The notes: a model not told the origin generated them from the sequence alone. Counted from the first letter of the stretch, positions 1-9,626 are shown. The stretch is DNA of 49,279 nucleotides from Desulfurococcales archaeon (GCA_027023255.1 JALVVU010000066.1:1-49279); one strand, 5' to 3'. A program made the numbers and translations.

Positions 1-495
1 CCGGAGGACATGGTTTACGTGCCTTTCGATATGGAGCCCCAGAAATCATTAACGGGTAAGAAGGCGTCGATGGAATGGAGGATGCATAAGTACATATACC
101 AAGCTCTCCCTGAGGTTAACGCCATAATACATACGCATAATCCCTTCACGCTGGCACTATACTCTGCCGGGTTAAGCGTGAACCCTGAAGACTATATCGA
201 GGCTTACTCCATAGGGAAGTGCGTCGCGACAATCCCCTACATACCTCCAGGGAGTGAGGAACTCGCTAAGGCGGTCGCGAACGCCGTGAGGAAGTGCAGA
301 GTCGTGGTGCTACTTGGTCACGGGGTAGTTGCCGCGGCAAGAACCCTCTACCAAGCGTTGGACGCTGTTGAAGCCCTCAACGATATCTGCATGGCTGAAG
401 CGCTAAAGCATGTGATAACCTCCTCCGAGAAGGCCAGGATGATTGGGAGGGAGTTCATGCAGGGGACAGGCAAGTATAGGAAGGTCACGCCTTAA
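1..495 (+). CDS. Class II aldolase/adducin family protein (fuculose-phosphate aldolase-like), 5'-truncated by window edge
   Basis: Frame open from base 1 (ccg gag gac atg); motifs S-x-E-x-x-M-H, AIIHTH, YIPPGSEELA, LLGHGVV typical of Zn-dependent class II aldolases. Confidence 0.88.
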   Translation, partial: PEDMVYVPFDMEPQKSLTGKKASMEWRMHKYIYQALPEVNAIIHTHNPFTLALYSAGLSVNPEDYIEAYSIGKCVATIPYIPPGSEELAKAVANAVRKCRVVVLLGHGVVAAARTLYQALDAVEALNDICMAEALKHVITSSEKARMIGREFMQGTGKYRKVTP

Positions 496-1667
496 TGCAG
501 GAAGTTAAGGAAGCCAATAACCAGTAATACTATCGTCGCTATGACGGTCCCTCCTTGAATTAAGTGGTTAACCCATGATGGGGCACGTCCTTTCAGAGCC
601 TCACTGACGAGCCTACCGCCGTCCGAGATGTAAAGGGGTGCGGCGTTGATCATGCTTAAGGAGATGTTAACTATACTTAACCAGAATAGGAACCTAGCGC
701 TGTAGAGGGCTAAGGCCGGGGTTTTCCAGGAAGGTAGGTCAGCGATGTATATCCCTATTTTCTCGTTCGCCGGTTTATGAATAACGAACACTTGGGTATG
801 GTTCTCCACAGGCTTAACTAGCTCTCCTCCTATGACCTCTGCCCTAACGACTTCAAACACGAGCGTAGCGTTCCTCGGGTATATGGGGGCGAGGAATTGC
901 TGTAGCTTCTGAATCGAGTCTATCCTAGTCCCGTTGATTGAGACTATAATGCTTGGTGCCGGTAGCCCGGCCTTAACCGCCGGGGCCTCCGGATTATTCA
1001 CGAGTGAAACAATTGTTAGCTCGGTCGTTATCTGCGCTGACACCACGGGCATTAACCCCATAGCTATGAGGAATAGGACAGTATTCGCCAGCACCCCAGC
1101 AGTGAGGACTGCGGCTTTCGCCTTAAGCGACGCCTTCTCGAAGTCCTCCTCACTCGGACGTACGTAAGCCAAAGGGAATATAATGAACAAACCCACCCCC
1201 CATGCCTCAACACGCCAGCCCTCAGCGTAAGCTACTATGGCGTGCATTAGCTCGTGGGCTGCGACACCAATCGAGAGGGCTAGCAGAATGTAGAGGAAGG
1301 ACCTCAGGCCTATGGTCACGCCAGGTATTATGGGTACGAACGGCGATGAAGCTTGCGCCGCACCATGAACGAATAGCGAGGATATTATGCGACATATTGC
1401 GGGGAGCACCTGCCAGTAGAAGAGTGCGAGGACAACGGCGAAGTTCACGAGTCCGGCAATGAGGACGCCCATCCTGAAGGCACGGGATTCGCTTAGCCGC
1501 TTGAACCTCGGCACCTTACCCATATCAACAAGTATCATGAGCGGCATCACATTAACGCCGCGTTTCCTAAGCCTCTCCGCCGTACCAGGCTTCAGCATTA
1601 CTGTGAGCGATACCGCAACCTCGGCAACGATGATCGCTATCATCACCGCGTACGCAGGATCTAGCAT
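492..1667 (-). CDS. Site-2 protease (M50 family) membrane metalloprotease with PDZ domain
   Basis: HELMH zinc motif in a TM segment, AGVLAN, PDZ-like PAVKAGL..IVSING, C-terminal NAAP...DGG motif, multiple TM helices. Confidence 0.92.
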   Translation of the reverse strand: MLDPAYAVMIAIIVAEVAVSLTVMLKPGTAERLRKRGVNVMPLMILVDMGKVPRFKRLSESRAFRMGVLIAGLVNFAVVLALFYWQVLPAICRIISSLFVHGAAQASSPFVPIIPGVTIGLRSFLYILLALSIGVAAHELMHAIVAYAEGWRVEAWGVGLFIIFPLAYVRPSEEDFEKASLKAKAAVLTAGVLANTVLFLIAMGLMPVVSAQITTELTIVSLVNNPEAPAVKAGLPAPSIIVSINGTRIDSIQKLQQFLAPIYPRNATLVFEVVRAEVIGGELVKPVENHTQVFVIHKPANEKIGIYIADLPSWKTPALALYSARFLFWLSIVNISLSMINAAPLYISDGGRLVSEALKGRAPSWVNHLIQGGTVIATIVLLVIGFLNFLH

Positions 1668-1769
1668 TAAGTTAGCCCCTCACCTACACTAGCGGTAGCG
1701 TTAATTAATTTACAGGTGGAACGCAATGACTTATAAGGTAGCCTCGATAACGTGAATGGTTGATAAGGA

Positions 1770-2030
1770 ATGTCAAGAAGGAAGAGAGGAAATGACAATA
1801 CAGCGGTCGGCATACTCGTGCTTGCTGTGCTAATGGTGATAGCCATAGCGCTAGGTTGGTATGGCCTACAAATAGAGGAAGCAGGCAAGACAACGTCAAC
1901 ACCTACATCAACACAGACAACACCCACCACCCCATCAACAACGCCAACCCCAACTAACACAACAAGCCAGCTATTCACAGTGGTTAACATGACTACAACT
2001 ACCTCCGCAACAAATACTAGCACTAGCTAA
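1770..2030 (+). CDS. Small single-pass membrane protein with Thr/Pro/Ser-rich tail
   Basis: Basic N-terminus (SRRKR), ~20-aa hydrophobic helix, low-complexity T-rich C-terminus; TTATAAG box ~1731-1737 upstream. Confidence 0.75.
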   Translation: MSRRKRGNDNTAVGILVLAVLMVIAIALGWYGLQIEEAGKTTSTPTSTQTTPTTPSTTPTPTNTTSQLFTVVNMTTTTSATNTSTS

Positions 2031-2040
2031 TCCCTCCGGC

Positions 2041-2147
2041 AGGGCGGTAAGGGGCCTCAAGCCGCGCCGTAATGAAGCCGAGGGTGACTGTAAACGGCCC
2101 TAAATTACCTTAAATGCCCACTCTCGGGTGAATGGTGAGCCCGCCCT
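2041..2147. ncRNA. Candidate structured ncRNA in intergenic region
   Basis: GC-rich nested complementarities: AGGGCGG 2041-2047/CCGCCCT 2141-2147, GGTAA 2046-2050/TTACC 2105-2109, GCCGT 2066-2070/ACGGC 2094-2098 enclosing ATGAAG...TGA (K-turn/K-loop-like). Confidence 0.4.
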
Positions 2148-2171
2148 TAACTTAGTTTGAGCTTCACTAAC

Positions 2172-2912
2172 TCACAGGTCCTTACGGGTCCCCCGGCAGG
2201 GGTTCTTAATACGTCCCTCGTAATCCGAGAGTTCACCGACGTAGTAATCTAGATTGAGGAGGAAATCCCTGAAGGCGTGTATGGGGACTATAAATGATCC
2301 GTTAACGTATCCCCGCACGCTCCCAGTAAGGGCCACTATTACGGGCACCACCCACTTGGCTTTAGCTAGGATCCTAGCCCCTTTCCTGAGTTCCGCGCAC
2401 TCACTACACATTAGCTCTACCTTAGCTCTATGGGATTTCGCTACCTCCCTCAACTTCCATGATTTGCTGTAGCCCGGCGACCAGTGCTTGCAGTCAATCG
2501 CTAAGGAATAACCGGATACCGCATCAACTGCTAATACATCGATCTCGAACCTACGGCTCCGAAGCCTGACGGACCTCACCCCCTCGAACCCTGACCTACT
2601 CAAGTACTCAAGCACTAACTCCTCGAAATCCCTCCAGTCGAGTAGGGCCGCTACTCTGAATGGATCTGCCCCCAGCTCCATCGCCTTCAGGGCTACCGGA
2701 ACTAATGACTTAAGGCAATACTTACCGTCAAGACCCACGTAGAACGTGTCGAAGGACTTCATCATGTTAAGCGAAACCTGCCCTCCTTCATCGGGGTCGA
2801 CGCACCTGCCCCTCCTGGACAGCGTCTCTATTAACTCGACGAGCTTACGGAAATCATCAGAAAACCCCCTAGGGCTCGTCACCGATCCGAGATCACCTCC
2901 CTCATCATCCAC
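2172..2912 (-). CDS. Mrr-like restriction endonuclease-fold (PD-(D/E)xK) protein
   Basis: W-x-D-F-E-E-L-V helix, EIDVLA and IDCKHW motifs typical of Mrr_cat-like domains. Confidence 0.8.
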   Translation of the reverse strand: MDDEGGDLGSVTSPRGFSDDFRKLVELIETLSRRGRCVDPDEGGQVSLNMMKSFDTFYVGLDGKYCLKSLVPVALKAMELGADPFRVAALLDWRDFEELVLEYLSRSGFEGVRSVRLRSRRFEIDVLAVDAVSGYSLAIDCKHWSPGYSKSWKLREVAKSHRAKVELMCSECAELRKGARILAKAKWVVPVIVALTGSVRGYVNGSFIVPIHAFRDFLLNLDYYVGELSDYEGRIKNPCRGTRKDL

Positions 2913-3016
2913 GAAGTTCGATTCACTGGTTCCTTAAAATGAGTTTTTAACACTCCCATCATTTAGAGAGAAGCTAAGCTTATATGCTTAGGAGGCAGTG
3001 GTTAGGGAGGGACTGG

Positions 3017-3619
3017 GTGCAGGTATTCAGGGAATCGTATGCCGCTATATCGAGATTCATTATGAATGCTTTAGACCGCATATCAGATAATGAGATAAAG
3101 CAATTAGTCGATACTCTCGTCAACGCATACAACGACGGTAAGAAGGTTCTCGTCATAGGTGCTGGCCGCTCAGGCCTCGTGGGCAGGGCATTCGCGATGA
3201 GGCTAATGCACTTGGGCTTTAACGTTTACGTGTTAGGGGAGACGATCGTTCCTGCCCTACACCCGGGTGACGTAGTTATCGCGATATCTGGTTCTGGGCG
3301 TACGAAGCTCGTCGTTACGGCGGCTGAGGTGGCGAAGTCCGTTGGCGCGACGGTCGTGTCGCTGACTACGTTCCCTGAGTCACCGCTTGGGAAGCTTTCA
3401 GACCTGATAGTGCAGATACCGGGTAGGACTAAGGTGAGTTCGGAGGACGACTACAACGTTAGGCAGCTCATCGGTATTTACGAACCCCTAGCACCTCTCG
3501 GAACGCTCTTCGAGATAACCACGATGGTCATTCTTGACTCCGTGGTCTCCGAACTCATGATGAGGCTAGGGAAGACCGAGGAGGATCTTAAGAAGAGACA
3601 CGCTAACATCGAAATATGA
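3017..3619 (+). CDS. hxlB: 6-phospho-3-hexuloisomerase (SIS domain)
   Basis: [36 protein letters not shown]-terminal RHANIE; GTG at 3017 follows GGAGG (ORF track starts 2984). Confidence 0.93.
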   Translation: MQVFRESYAAISRFIMNALDRISDNEIKQLVDTLVNAYNDGKKVLVIGAGRSGLVGRAFAMRLMHLGFNVYVLGETIVPALHPGDVVIAISGSGRTKLVVTAAEVAKSVGATVVSLTTFPESPLGKLSDLIVQIPGRTKVSSEDDYNVRQLIGIYEPLAPLGTLFEITTMVILDSVVSELMMRLGKTEEDLKKRHANIEI

Positions 3620-3638
3620 TAACGGGGAACTGACTGGT

Positions 3639-4040
3639 ATGAGCACTAACTTAAGTGGTGAGGCTCCAGGGAAGCTGAGGTCCTACGGGGATTCTCTACG
3701 TCTGTTCAACGAGGCCGTAGACCTCCTATCGAAGGTTAAGGATGATAACTGGAGGGAGATCATGGGGGAAGTGCTGAGGAAGTTACTGCAGGCTCTAATA
3801 CTGCTTAAGGGAGGGGGTTTCCGACCCCCTTCAGACCTCACGTACTTAGCTGCCCAGGCGTTGGAGGTAGGCGCCATAGACGATAAGCTATTCGCGTTAA
3901 TTGTCGAGGCTAACTTAACGCTAAACAACTACTCGCGCTCAGGAAAGAACTTCGTCATCATGGTTGCGTCCGCCCTGCTTGAGAGAGCTGCTCAGCTTGA
4001 CCCATACTTAAGCCAGCAGATGCTTTTATTCAGATACTAG
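3639..4040 (+). CDS. Hypothetical helical protein, possibly HEPN-like fold
   Basis: 133-aa ORF 19 bp after hxlB; all-helical pattern with LLQALILLKG...PPSDLTYLA reminiscent of HEPN; no R-x4-6-H motif seen. Confidence 0.6.
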   Translation: MSTNLSGEAPGKLRSYGDSLRLFNEAVDLLSKVKDDNWREIMGEVLRKLLQALILLKGGGFRPPSDLTYLAAQALEVGAIDDKLFALIVEANLTLNNYSRSGKNFVIMVASALLERAAQLDPYLSQQMLLFRY

Positions 4041-4055
4041 CCACCTTATACCATA

Positions 4056-4124
4056 GGCAGTGATGACTAATTAATGAGCAGTCCCGACCGCTGAGTTCGT
4101 GAGGAGGCGGTGGCTGTCTGAGCC
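4056..4124 (+). ncRNA. C/D box 2'-O-methylation guide sRNA
   Basis: Box C GTGATGA 4060-4066, D' CTGA 4091-4094, C' GTGAGGA 4099-4105, D CTGA 4118-4121, terminal GGC/GCC stem; guides complementary to conserved archaeal 16S sequences CAGCCGCCGC and GGUCGGGAC. Confidence 0.85.
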
Positions 4125-4125
4125 C

Positions 4126-4809
4126 TTACTTACTGCCCCTAACTATTGCTTCAACAACCTTCGTTACTTCAGACACGTGTATGGCGTCGCGCGGCGGTCT
4201 CTTCCCCAGCATTTCCTTCGGTAGTGGGTCGCTACAGTACATCGCCTCACTCACGACGCCGAAGAACTCCTGGGGAGGTAGGATCGCGGCCGCCCTAACC
4301 TCGCCTTTCTTAATGTTTAGTATGTTAGTAACTATGGTTAACCCAAACTTCTCCGTCCCAGCCTTAGTCACGTAGAGTCTCTCCGCCTCAGGATGCCTCA
4401 TCACGGAAACAACCTCCACCGCCACAATATCCACGGCGTTCTCGGGCAGGTTCTCCTCCCCTAAAGCCAGCCTTGCCCTCAGGTTGAGTAGCTGGAGTAG
4501 GGAGTACTTTATCTCGGCTAGGAGGAACCTCGACCTACCCTCAACCCTAACCCCCTTAGGCGGGAGGAGCTCTGTCGAGAGCTTGCGGGCGACCTCCGTC
4601 AGCTTAGATAGTGGCTCGTACTTAAGGAGGTACTGAAGCGGTAGGTATGAGTGCTTGATCGCTTGAAGGTATCCGTTCACCTCACGCAGAAGGTCAAGAA
4701 CTTTATTCTTATGTATCGGGTAACTCAGCGACCACGACTTAACCCTCTTGTCGAGCCTCCGCAGAGCATCCTCCGCAAGTAATATGCGGTAATCCTTTGA
4801 GGTATCCAA
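4126..4809 (-). CDS. tRNA-binding protein with C-terminal EMAP/Trbp OB-fold (COG2517-like)
   Basis: MDTSKDYRILLAE N-terminus; VMRHPEAERLYVT, TIVTN, AILPPQEFFGVVSEAMYC OB-fold motifs. Confidence 0.85.
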   Translation of the reverse strand: MDTSKDYRILLAEDALRRLDKRVKSWSLSYPIHKNKVLDLLREVNGYLQAIKHSYLPLQYLLKYEPLSKLTEVARKLSTELLPPKGVRVEGRSRFLLAEIKYSLLQLLNLRARLALGEENLPENAVDIVAVEVVSVMRHPEAERLYVTKAGTEKFGLTIVTNILNIKKGEVRAAAILPPQEFFGVVSEAMYCSDPLPKEMLGKRPPRDAIHVSEVTKVVEAIVRGSK

Positions 4810-4936
4810 TACCGCACCCCAAGATTAAACTGCCCAGCGATTATATTGAGTTATGTTACTGCAGGGCATGCCGCGTTAACCGTTTTAGCTCACATTCATA
4901 AACTCAATGATAATACAACATGCTAAGGTGTGGGCA

Positions 4937-5671
4937 ATGCAACCAAATCGCAAGGCCGCATTTGAGGTCACGTCATCGAGAACTAGGGAGATAGCACTGC
5001 TTAACCTAGTGATTAATGGTGTGGAGTCCATCATCGCTGAGTATGGGTGTGGGTCCGTAGGCGTTGAGCTTCCTGAAGCCTCCAGCGGCAGGCTAATGGT
5101 GTACTGCAGCAGCTGCGAGGAATTCCCGGAGGAGGGCTTCGAACTAGATCAGGCCGTAGAATACGGCTTGATTAAGGAGTACGAGTTCATCCCGGGTAAG
5201 GGAGGGCGGGGACTTCGGGAGCTGTACAGGAGGGTACGGGAACTCATTGCTAAGGAGGTGACGTCCACGCTCGCACCCTACGCCCTGAAGTGCGCGTTAA
5301 CTGAAGTGGAGTATATGCTGGTGATCCTGCAGAATGGTTCAGCCGCCCTCCTCGAGGGGGAGCAGGACAGAGTAGTGATCCCCAATATCAAGGCGTCCCT
5401 GAGCGCGCATACTCATCCCAGAGGATGCACTCCCTCACCGCACGACATGAAGAGCCTTATTAACCTGCTTTTCGAGGGCGGACTAGGCTCAGCAATAATA
5501 TCCACGGAGTGCGGACTCCTAATAGTAAGAGACGGGCCATTCACAGAGGACGACCTACTGGCACTGTCTAAATTACGTGACAGTCTCAGCGGGAGAGACA
5601 TCGAACCGCTTAGGAAAGCCCTCCGGGAAGGACGCGTGGGCCCCAACTTAATGGTTGCGTTAATCTCGTAA
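4937..5671 (+). CDS. Hypothetical protein with C-terminal JAB/MPN-like metal-binding motif
   Basis: E(VEY)...HTHPRGCTPSPHD matches H-x-H-x(6-7)-S-x-x-D; ATG 4937 after AGGTG (ORF track starts 4907). Confidence 0.7.
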   Translation: MQPNRKAAFEVTSSRTREIALLNLVINGVESIIAEYGCGSVGVELPEASSGRLMVYCSSCEEFPEEGFELDQAVEYGLIKEYEFIPGKGGRGLRELYRRVRELIAKEVTSTLAPYALKCALTEVEYMLVILQNGSAALLEGEQDRVVIPNIKASLSAHTHPRGCTPSPHDMKSLINLLFEGGLGSAIISTECGLLIVRDGPFTEDDLLALSKLRDSLSGRDIEPLRKALREGRVGPNLMVALIS

Positions 5672-6442
5672 CTTAGGAGACCCCGCGCAACAGAATCTTG
5701 CGATCGTGTTAATCACTGCCTTGAACGCATCATCCGTTGCTCGAGCCTTATACCTCCTTAGAACTTCCCTTAGCTCCGTCTTCAAGCGCTCGGGGTCCTT
5801 ACAGCACTCCCTACCGAAGGCTGACCTGTAAATGAACCATGAGCACACCCTGCATACGTTACAGGGTGCCTCACTAAGGGAGGCGCTCTCATAGTCAATC
5901 ACCCTCACCTTCCCGTCCCTCGTTACTAAGACGTGTTCCCTAAGCAGTGAGAGTTCCTTATGGTCAACACCCACGAGGTCTAAGTACCTCGCAGCCCCAA
6001 GCACCTTTAGAACCAGCGGTAAAGCACTACCACAACCCTCCATTATGACTTTATCCATAACCTCACCGATGGGGGCACCGTCAACGTACTCCATTATAAT
6101 GAAGTCATCCTCACAACGATACACCTTAGGCGCTATTGGATGTGCAGCCCTCATGACCTCACACTCAAGCCTGAGTGAGTCCCTCTTGGAGTCGGTACGC
6201 CTCACCTTGATGGCGACGGTTAGGGAGGGCTTAAGCACCGCCTTAATAACCACTGATGCGTGTCCCTTCCCCAACACCCTTAAGCCCCCTATGTCCTCCC
6301 TCCCCTCGCTTAGCAGGGTTAACACGCCAGCATTAACTAATCTCTCAACCCTAATTCGGACGCAGTCTTCACCAGGGTGGGGAAAGCATAGCACGTGCTT
6401 CCATTTATCCTTATCAATACTATTTAGAGTAGTATTAGCCAT
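5660..6442 (-). CDS. Archaeal RIO-related Ser/Thr protein kinase (COG2112-like)
   Basis: LGKGHASVV P-loop, AIKVRRTDSKR, IIMEYVDG, HKELS catalytic loop, VIDYE. Confidence 0.85.
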   Translation of the reverse strand: MANTTLNSIDKDKWKHVLCFPHPGEDCVRIRVERLVNAGVLTLLSEGREDIGGLRVLGKGHASVVIKAVLKPSLTVAIKVRRTDSKRDSLRLECEVMRAAHPIAPKVYRCEDDFIIMEYVDGAPIGEVMDKVIMEGCGSALPLVLKVLGAARYLDLVGVDHKELSLLREHVLVTRDGKVRVIDYESASLSEAPCNVCRVCSWFIYRSAFGRECCKDPERLKTELREVLRRYKARATDDAFKAVINTIARFCCAGSPKLRD

Positions 6443-6568
6443 GACACCACATTACCCCTGATGGATATAACTGGTTAATACCTTAATTGCATTGCTTGCT
6501 AAAAACCTTCTTACTACGATGTGTTTTAGCATGAAGAGCTCTAGTATGTATTGATTAAAACAAGTAGA

Positions 6569-6581
6569 GCAAAGTATAAAT
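6569..6581 (+). promoter_or_regulatory. BRE/TATA promoter of gdh
   Basis: GCAAAGTATAAAT ~35-45 nt upstream of likely GTG start (6614) and GGTG RBS. Confidence 0.5.
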
Positions 6582-6613
6582 TACTCGGCGTGATATATAC
6601 TTGGTGCTTAATC

Positions 6614-7882
6614 GTGGCATCCTATCTAGAATGGATGTTGAAAGTTCTCAGAGAAGCAGTAGATCTAGGCGGCATGCCTGAAGAAGTATATACAATGTTA
6701 AGCAAGCCCGACAGGATCCTCACCGTGAAGATACCTGTAAGGATGGACAACGGCAAGCTCGTGATCTTCGAGGGCTATAGGGTCCAACACAACAACGCCC
6801 TAGGTCCCTACAAGGGCGGCATCAGATTCCACCCCGAGGTCACCCTCGAAACCGACATCGCCCTTGCCACCGGTATGACCCTCAAGAACTCACTCGCAGG
6901 GATACCCTACGGCGGCGGTAAAGGCGCCGTCAGGTGCAACCCCAAGCAGATGAGCATGCGTGAGCTAGAGCAGCTCAGCAGGGGCTACGCTAGGGCCATA
7001 GCCCCCATAATCGGTCCTGAGAAGGACATCCCTGCACCCGACGTGAACACTAACCCGCAGATCATGATCTGGATGGTTGACGAGTTCAGCAAGCTTAAGG
7101 GCTACAACGTGCCCGGCGTGTTCACAGCTAAGCCACCAGAGCTCTGGGGCAACCCCGTCAGGATGTACTCCACAGGCTTCGGCGCTGTCGTCATTGCTAA
7201 GGAGGCTGCCGAGAGGTGGATGGACGGGTTTGAGGGTAAGAGGATAGCGATTCACGGCTTCGGCAACGCTGGTCAGTGGGCTGCTTACTGGGCCTCGAAG
7301 TGGGGAGCTAAGATCGTCGCCATTAGCGACACCTCAGGCGCTGTGTACGACCCGAACGGAATTGACGTGGAGCTAGCGATGAAGGTAAAGAACGAGACCA
7401 GGAAGGTCATCAACTACCCGAAGGGCGAGAAGATACCTGACCCCAGCGCCCCGCTATTCGTGGACTGCGACATCCTCATGCCCTCAGCCATTGAGAACGT
7501 GATAACTAAGGAGAACGTGAATAAGGTCAAGGCCAGGCTCATCGTCGAGCCAGCCAACGGCCCTGTAACGCCCGAGGCCGAGAAGATACTGTATCAGAGG
7601 AAGGACTTCATAGCGGACGTGCCCGACATCCTTGCCAACGCTGGCGGCGTAGTGATGTCCTACCTAGAGTGGGTCGAGAACCTGCAGTGGTACTTCTGGG
7701 ACGAGGAAGAGACGAGACAGAAGCTAGCTGCGATAATGAAGAGGAACTTCCACAAGACCGTGGACGGCTGGGAGAAGCTTAAGGCCAAGCACCCAGACAA
7801 GCTAATCACGATGAGGGACGCGGCCTTCGTAATCGCCGTAGACAGAGTCTATAGGGCTATGAAGCTAAGGGGCTGGATATAA
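6614..7882 (+). CDS. gdhA: Glutamate dehydrogenase (Glu/Leu/Phe/Val family)
   Basis: [56 protein letters not shown] 6614 after GGTG likely true start. Confidence 0.96.
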   Translation: MASYLEWMLKVLREAVDLGGMPEEVYTMLSKPDRILTVKIPVRMDNGKLVIFEGYRVQHNNALGPYKGGIRFHPEVTLETDIALATGMTLKNSLAGIPYGGGKGAVRCNPKQMSMRELEQLSRGYARAIAPIIGPEKDIPAPDVNTNPQIMIWMVDEFSKLKGYNVPGVFTAKPPELWGNPVRMYSTGFGAVVIAKEAAERWMDGFEGKRIAIHGFGNAGQWAAYWASKWGAKIVAISDTSGAVYDPNGIDVELAMKVKNETRKVINYPKGEKIPDPSAPLFVDCDILMPSAIENVITKENVNKVKARLIVEPANGPVTPEAEKILYQRKDFIADVPDILANAGGVVMSYLEWVENLQWYFWDEEETRQKLAAIMKRNFHKTVDGWEKLKAKHPDKLITMRDAAFVIAVDRVYRAMKLRGWI

Positions 7883-8064
7883 CACGCTTAAAAGGAAATC
7901 CCTCAAAGCTTTTTCCAACTTCATACCACAACTTTCTTCGAATTTCAGCAATAGTAAAGTAACTAAATGCTTTGTATAGCAACGAACCCCTTCCCTAAGC
8001 AGTCCAGCCACGCGTAATGAAAAATAATTAATTCTTACCCCTACTTACTTAAAAGGTGGTGATA

Positions 8065-9165
8065 ATGTACCGAAAATTCGCCAAGTTACTCACAGATTAC
8101 TGTACAGGCGTTAGGAAGGGAGACGAAGTCTTTATAAACGCCAGCTTCGCGGCGTATCCTCTCGTTAGGGAATTATGGCGAGCCGTCGTTGAGAGGGGAG
8201 GCTACCCGTTCTTTAACCCAAGGGATGATGTCCTAAGTGAAATATTCTACCGCTACGCTGATGAGGACTTACTGAGGCACTACTCGAAGATTGAGGAAAC
8301 CATTTACGAGCTAGGGGACGTGTTCATCTCGATAATATCGCCGACACACACGAAGCCCCTCGCGAGCGTAGATCCTGTTAAGATAAAGATTAGGTCGCAG
8401 GCCCGCAGGAAACTAACTGAGATATTCATGAAGAGGGATGCCGAAGGCAGCCTTAGGTGGGTTGCCACCGCCTACCCCACTAACGCGCTCGCGCAGGAAG
8501 CAGGTATGTCGCCCCTAGAATATGAGGAGTTCGTGTTCAAGGCCCTCAAACTGCATAAGGAGGACCCCATAGCGGAGTGGGTCAACCAGGCAGAATGGCA
8601 GGAAAGGATAGCGAACTTCCTCAATAAGGTCTCAGAACTACGCATAGTTTCAGAAGACACGGACCTAACGTTAAGAGTTGATGGGAGGATCTGGATAAAC
8701 GATGACGGGAAGAACAACATGCCGGGAGGCGAAGTATTCACGGGTCCTCACGAGGACTCCACCGAGGGGTATGTGACGTTCACGTACCCTGCCGTATGGC
8801 GCGGTGTTGAGGTTGAGGGCGTTAAGCTAGTCTTCAAGCGCGGAGCTGTGGTCGAGGCCCACGCGATTAAAGGTGAGGAATTCCTTAAACGAATGCTAGA
8901 GACTGATGAGGGTGCTAGAAGGTTAGGTGAGGCCGCCTTCGGCTTGAACTACGACATTAAGAGGTACACCAAGGAAATATTATTCGACGAGAAGATCGGC
9001 GGGACTATACACTTAGCGCTTGGAGCATCATACCCGAAAACAGGAGGAAAGAACGTCTCAGCAATACACTGGGACATGGTCAAGGACATGAGGAAGGGGA
9101 AGGTGTACGCTGACGGTGACCTAATATACGAGGGAGGTAAGTTCCTAGAGGATGTGATCTCATGA
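8065..9165 (+). CDS. Aminopeptidase, M29 family (AmpS/AmpT)
   Basis: NMPGGEVFTGP, RRLGEAAFG, LFDEKIGGTIHLALG, SAIHWDMV; ATG after GGTGGTGA. Confidence 0.93.
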   Translation: MYRKFAKLLTDYCTGVRKGDEVFINASFAAYPLVRELWRAVVERGGYPFFNPRDDVLSEIFYRYADEDLLRHYSKIEETIYELGDVFISIISPTHTKPLASVDPVKIKIRSQARRKLTEIFMKRDAEGSLRWVATAYPTNALAQEAGMSPLEYEEFVFKALKLHKEDPIAEWVNQAEWQERIANFLNKVSELRIVSEDTDLTLRVDGRIWINDDGKNNMPGGEVFTGPHEDSTEGYVTFTYPAVWRGVEVEGVKLVFKRGAVVEAHAIKGEEFLKRMLETDEGARRLGEAAFGLNYDIKRYTKEILFDEKIGGTIHLALGASYPKTGGKNVSAIHWDMVKDMRKGKVYADGDLIYEGGKFLEDVIS

Positions 9166-9626
9166 AGGTGGGGATAGTTGACACGACCTTCGCACGCGTG
9201 GATATGGGTGCCGAAGCTGAGAGAGTGCTTAAGGAGGAACTACCAAACGCCATAATAATTAGGTATACTGTACCAGGAATAAAGGACATCCCAGTAGCGG
9301 CGAAGAAGCTAATCGAGGAGGAGGGGTGCGAAGGAGTCATAACGCTCGGCTGGGTAGGCAAAACACTAACCGATAAGTTCTCGTACATAGTTGCTAGTAT
9401 GGCCCTCCAATTAGTTCAACTAACAACGAACAAACACGTGATAGACGTAACTATCCACGAGGACGAAAGTGGGGAAGAATCCGAGCTTCTGAGAATAGCC
9501 CTAGACAGGGCAAGAAAGCATGCAAGGAACCTAGCAATACTCCTGCTAAAGGGCGGTGAAGGCCTAAGACCGTATGCCGGCAAGGGTTTAAGACAGGGCC
9601 GTCCGGACGCGGGTCCTATAGAGTAA
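9162..9626 (+). CDS. ribC: Archaeal-type riboflavin synthase
   Basis: KVGIVDTTFARVDMG, RYTVPGIKDIPVAAKKL, HVIDVTIHEDE, AGKGLRQG signature; ATGA overlap with upstream gene. Confidence 0.93.
   Translation: MKVGIVDTTFARVDMGAEAERVLKEELPNAIIIRYTVPGIKDIPVAAKKLIEEEGCEGVITLGWVGKTLTDKFSYIVASMALQLVQLTTNKHVIDVTIHEDESGEESELLRIALDRARKHARNLAILLLKGGEGLRPYAGKGLRQGRPDAGPIE

Noticed and set aside
1667..2023. Val-rich minus-strand ORF
   Set aside because: Antisense shadow of the Thr-rich (ACN codon) gene at 1770-2030
1890..2027. ACA/ACC-rich repetitive DNA considered as a repeat array
   Set aside because: Explained by Thr codons; no fixed repeat-spacer periodicity, so not CRISPR
2172..2912. Restriction-modification system
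   Set aside because: No methyltransferase nearby; solo Mrr-like proteins are common in archaea
3616..3662. ATGATAA..CTGA..ATGAGCA..GTGA box-like pattern
   Set aside because: First guide is only 7 nt and the boxes coincide with the stop and start codons of adjacent genes
6551..6613. N-terminal extension of the GDH ORF
   Set aside because: Overlaps the TATA/RBS region; GTG 6614 is the more plausible start
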